Both the position numbers and the translations under genes were made by a program. Positions 63,706 to 64,000 of a stretch of 64,000 bases of DNA are shown in pieces (the first letter of the stretch is position 1; each line of letters opens with the position of its first letter). The DNA comes from an uncultured bacterium (lineage in GTDB: Bacteria > Krumholzibacteriota > Krumholzibacteriia > Krumholzibacteriales > Krumholzibacteriaceae), in the NCBI GenBank assembly GCA_963813815.1, contig CAWFAD010000010.1, forward strand, positions 32,001 through 96,000, read 5' to 3'. Under the pieces are notes generated by a model. The model was not told where the DNA came from. It was given only the letters and a program-made list of their open reading frames with translations, and did not search any database.

Positions 63706-64000
63706 CTATTCCTTGAAGACGAATTCCTCGGCGCCGATCGCGATGAGATCCTCGCGCTCGAGGGTTTTTTCGTCCGTTTCCTCGCCGTTGATCCGGATGC
63801 GCCCGCGTCCCTTCGCGTGGAGCACGTAATCGGCTCCCGAACGCACGATTTCGACCCGCACGCGCGGGGCGAAGAGTCCGCGGAGCCGTATGTCGGCGTC
63901 CCTGGCCCTGCCGATCACCGTCGTATCCTTCCGTATGTGGTAGTCGTTCATCGCCGACCTTCTGAACAGGCGCGGCGCCGGCGGCGGCGCGGTCCGGACG
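63706..64000 (-). CDS. FHA-domain protein, C-terminal part (start lies outside the window)
   Basis: The frame stays open to the window edge. TVIGRARDADIRL..IRINGE..LEREDLIAIG. Confidence 0.75.
   Translation of the reverse strand, partial: VRTAPPPAPRLFRRSAMNDYHIRKDTTVIGRARDADIRLRGLFAPRVRVEIVRSGADYVLHAKGRGRIRINGEETDEKTLEREDLIAIGAEEFVFKE

Overview
GC-rich bacterial chromosomal segment, gene-dense and mostly housekeeping or metabolic. It holds about 55 CDSs and 4 tRNAs (CAT-anticodon Met-type, Gln-CTG, Glu-CTC, Val-CAC). I saw no transposase, integrase, CRISPR array or rRNA. Recognisable blocks: hypF-hypE; guaB; tRNA-tilS-hpt-ftsH-folP-cdaA; ilvC; gltX-tRNA-Gln-tRNA-Glu; arginine decarboxylase-agmatinase-deoxyhypusine-synthase-like polyamine operon; nth, nfo, trxB, fabL-like, tricorn protease, rsgA; and a Ser/Thr kinase-phosphoesterase-FHA module. 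The most interesting signals are missed or split by the ORF track. (1) Three in-frame TGA codons sit in Cys-like contexts, each followed by a hairpin, and are candidate selenocysteines. Two lie in tandem in a tiny ArsR-led operon (a single-TM U-x-x-x-C micro-protein and an FmdB-type zinc ribbon ending U-x-x-C). The third is a C-G-U motif that joins two ORFs into a UshA-like protein. (2) An operon behind a sigma54-type promoter encodes a degenerate MCP, a CheA-shaped protein lacking its phospho-His and N-box, a small HTH protein, and a degenerate plus an intact HD-GYP paralogue. (3) A roughly 1550-aa pseudokinase-NTPase-TPR-GAF-sigma54 activator gene is broken by about 7 frameshifts. (4) A 36-aa Lys-rich peptide gene lies next to the polyamine operon. 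(5) A 35-aa head-to-tail remnant of a DRG/TGS GTPase is present. Single-base frameshifts in guaB and rsgA suggest indel errors in the consensus sequence. All calls come from motif recognition by eye; no database searches were run.
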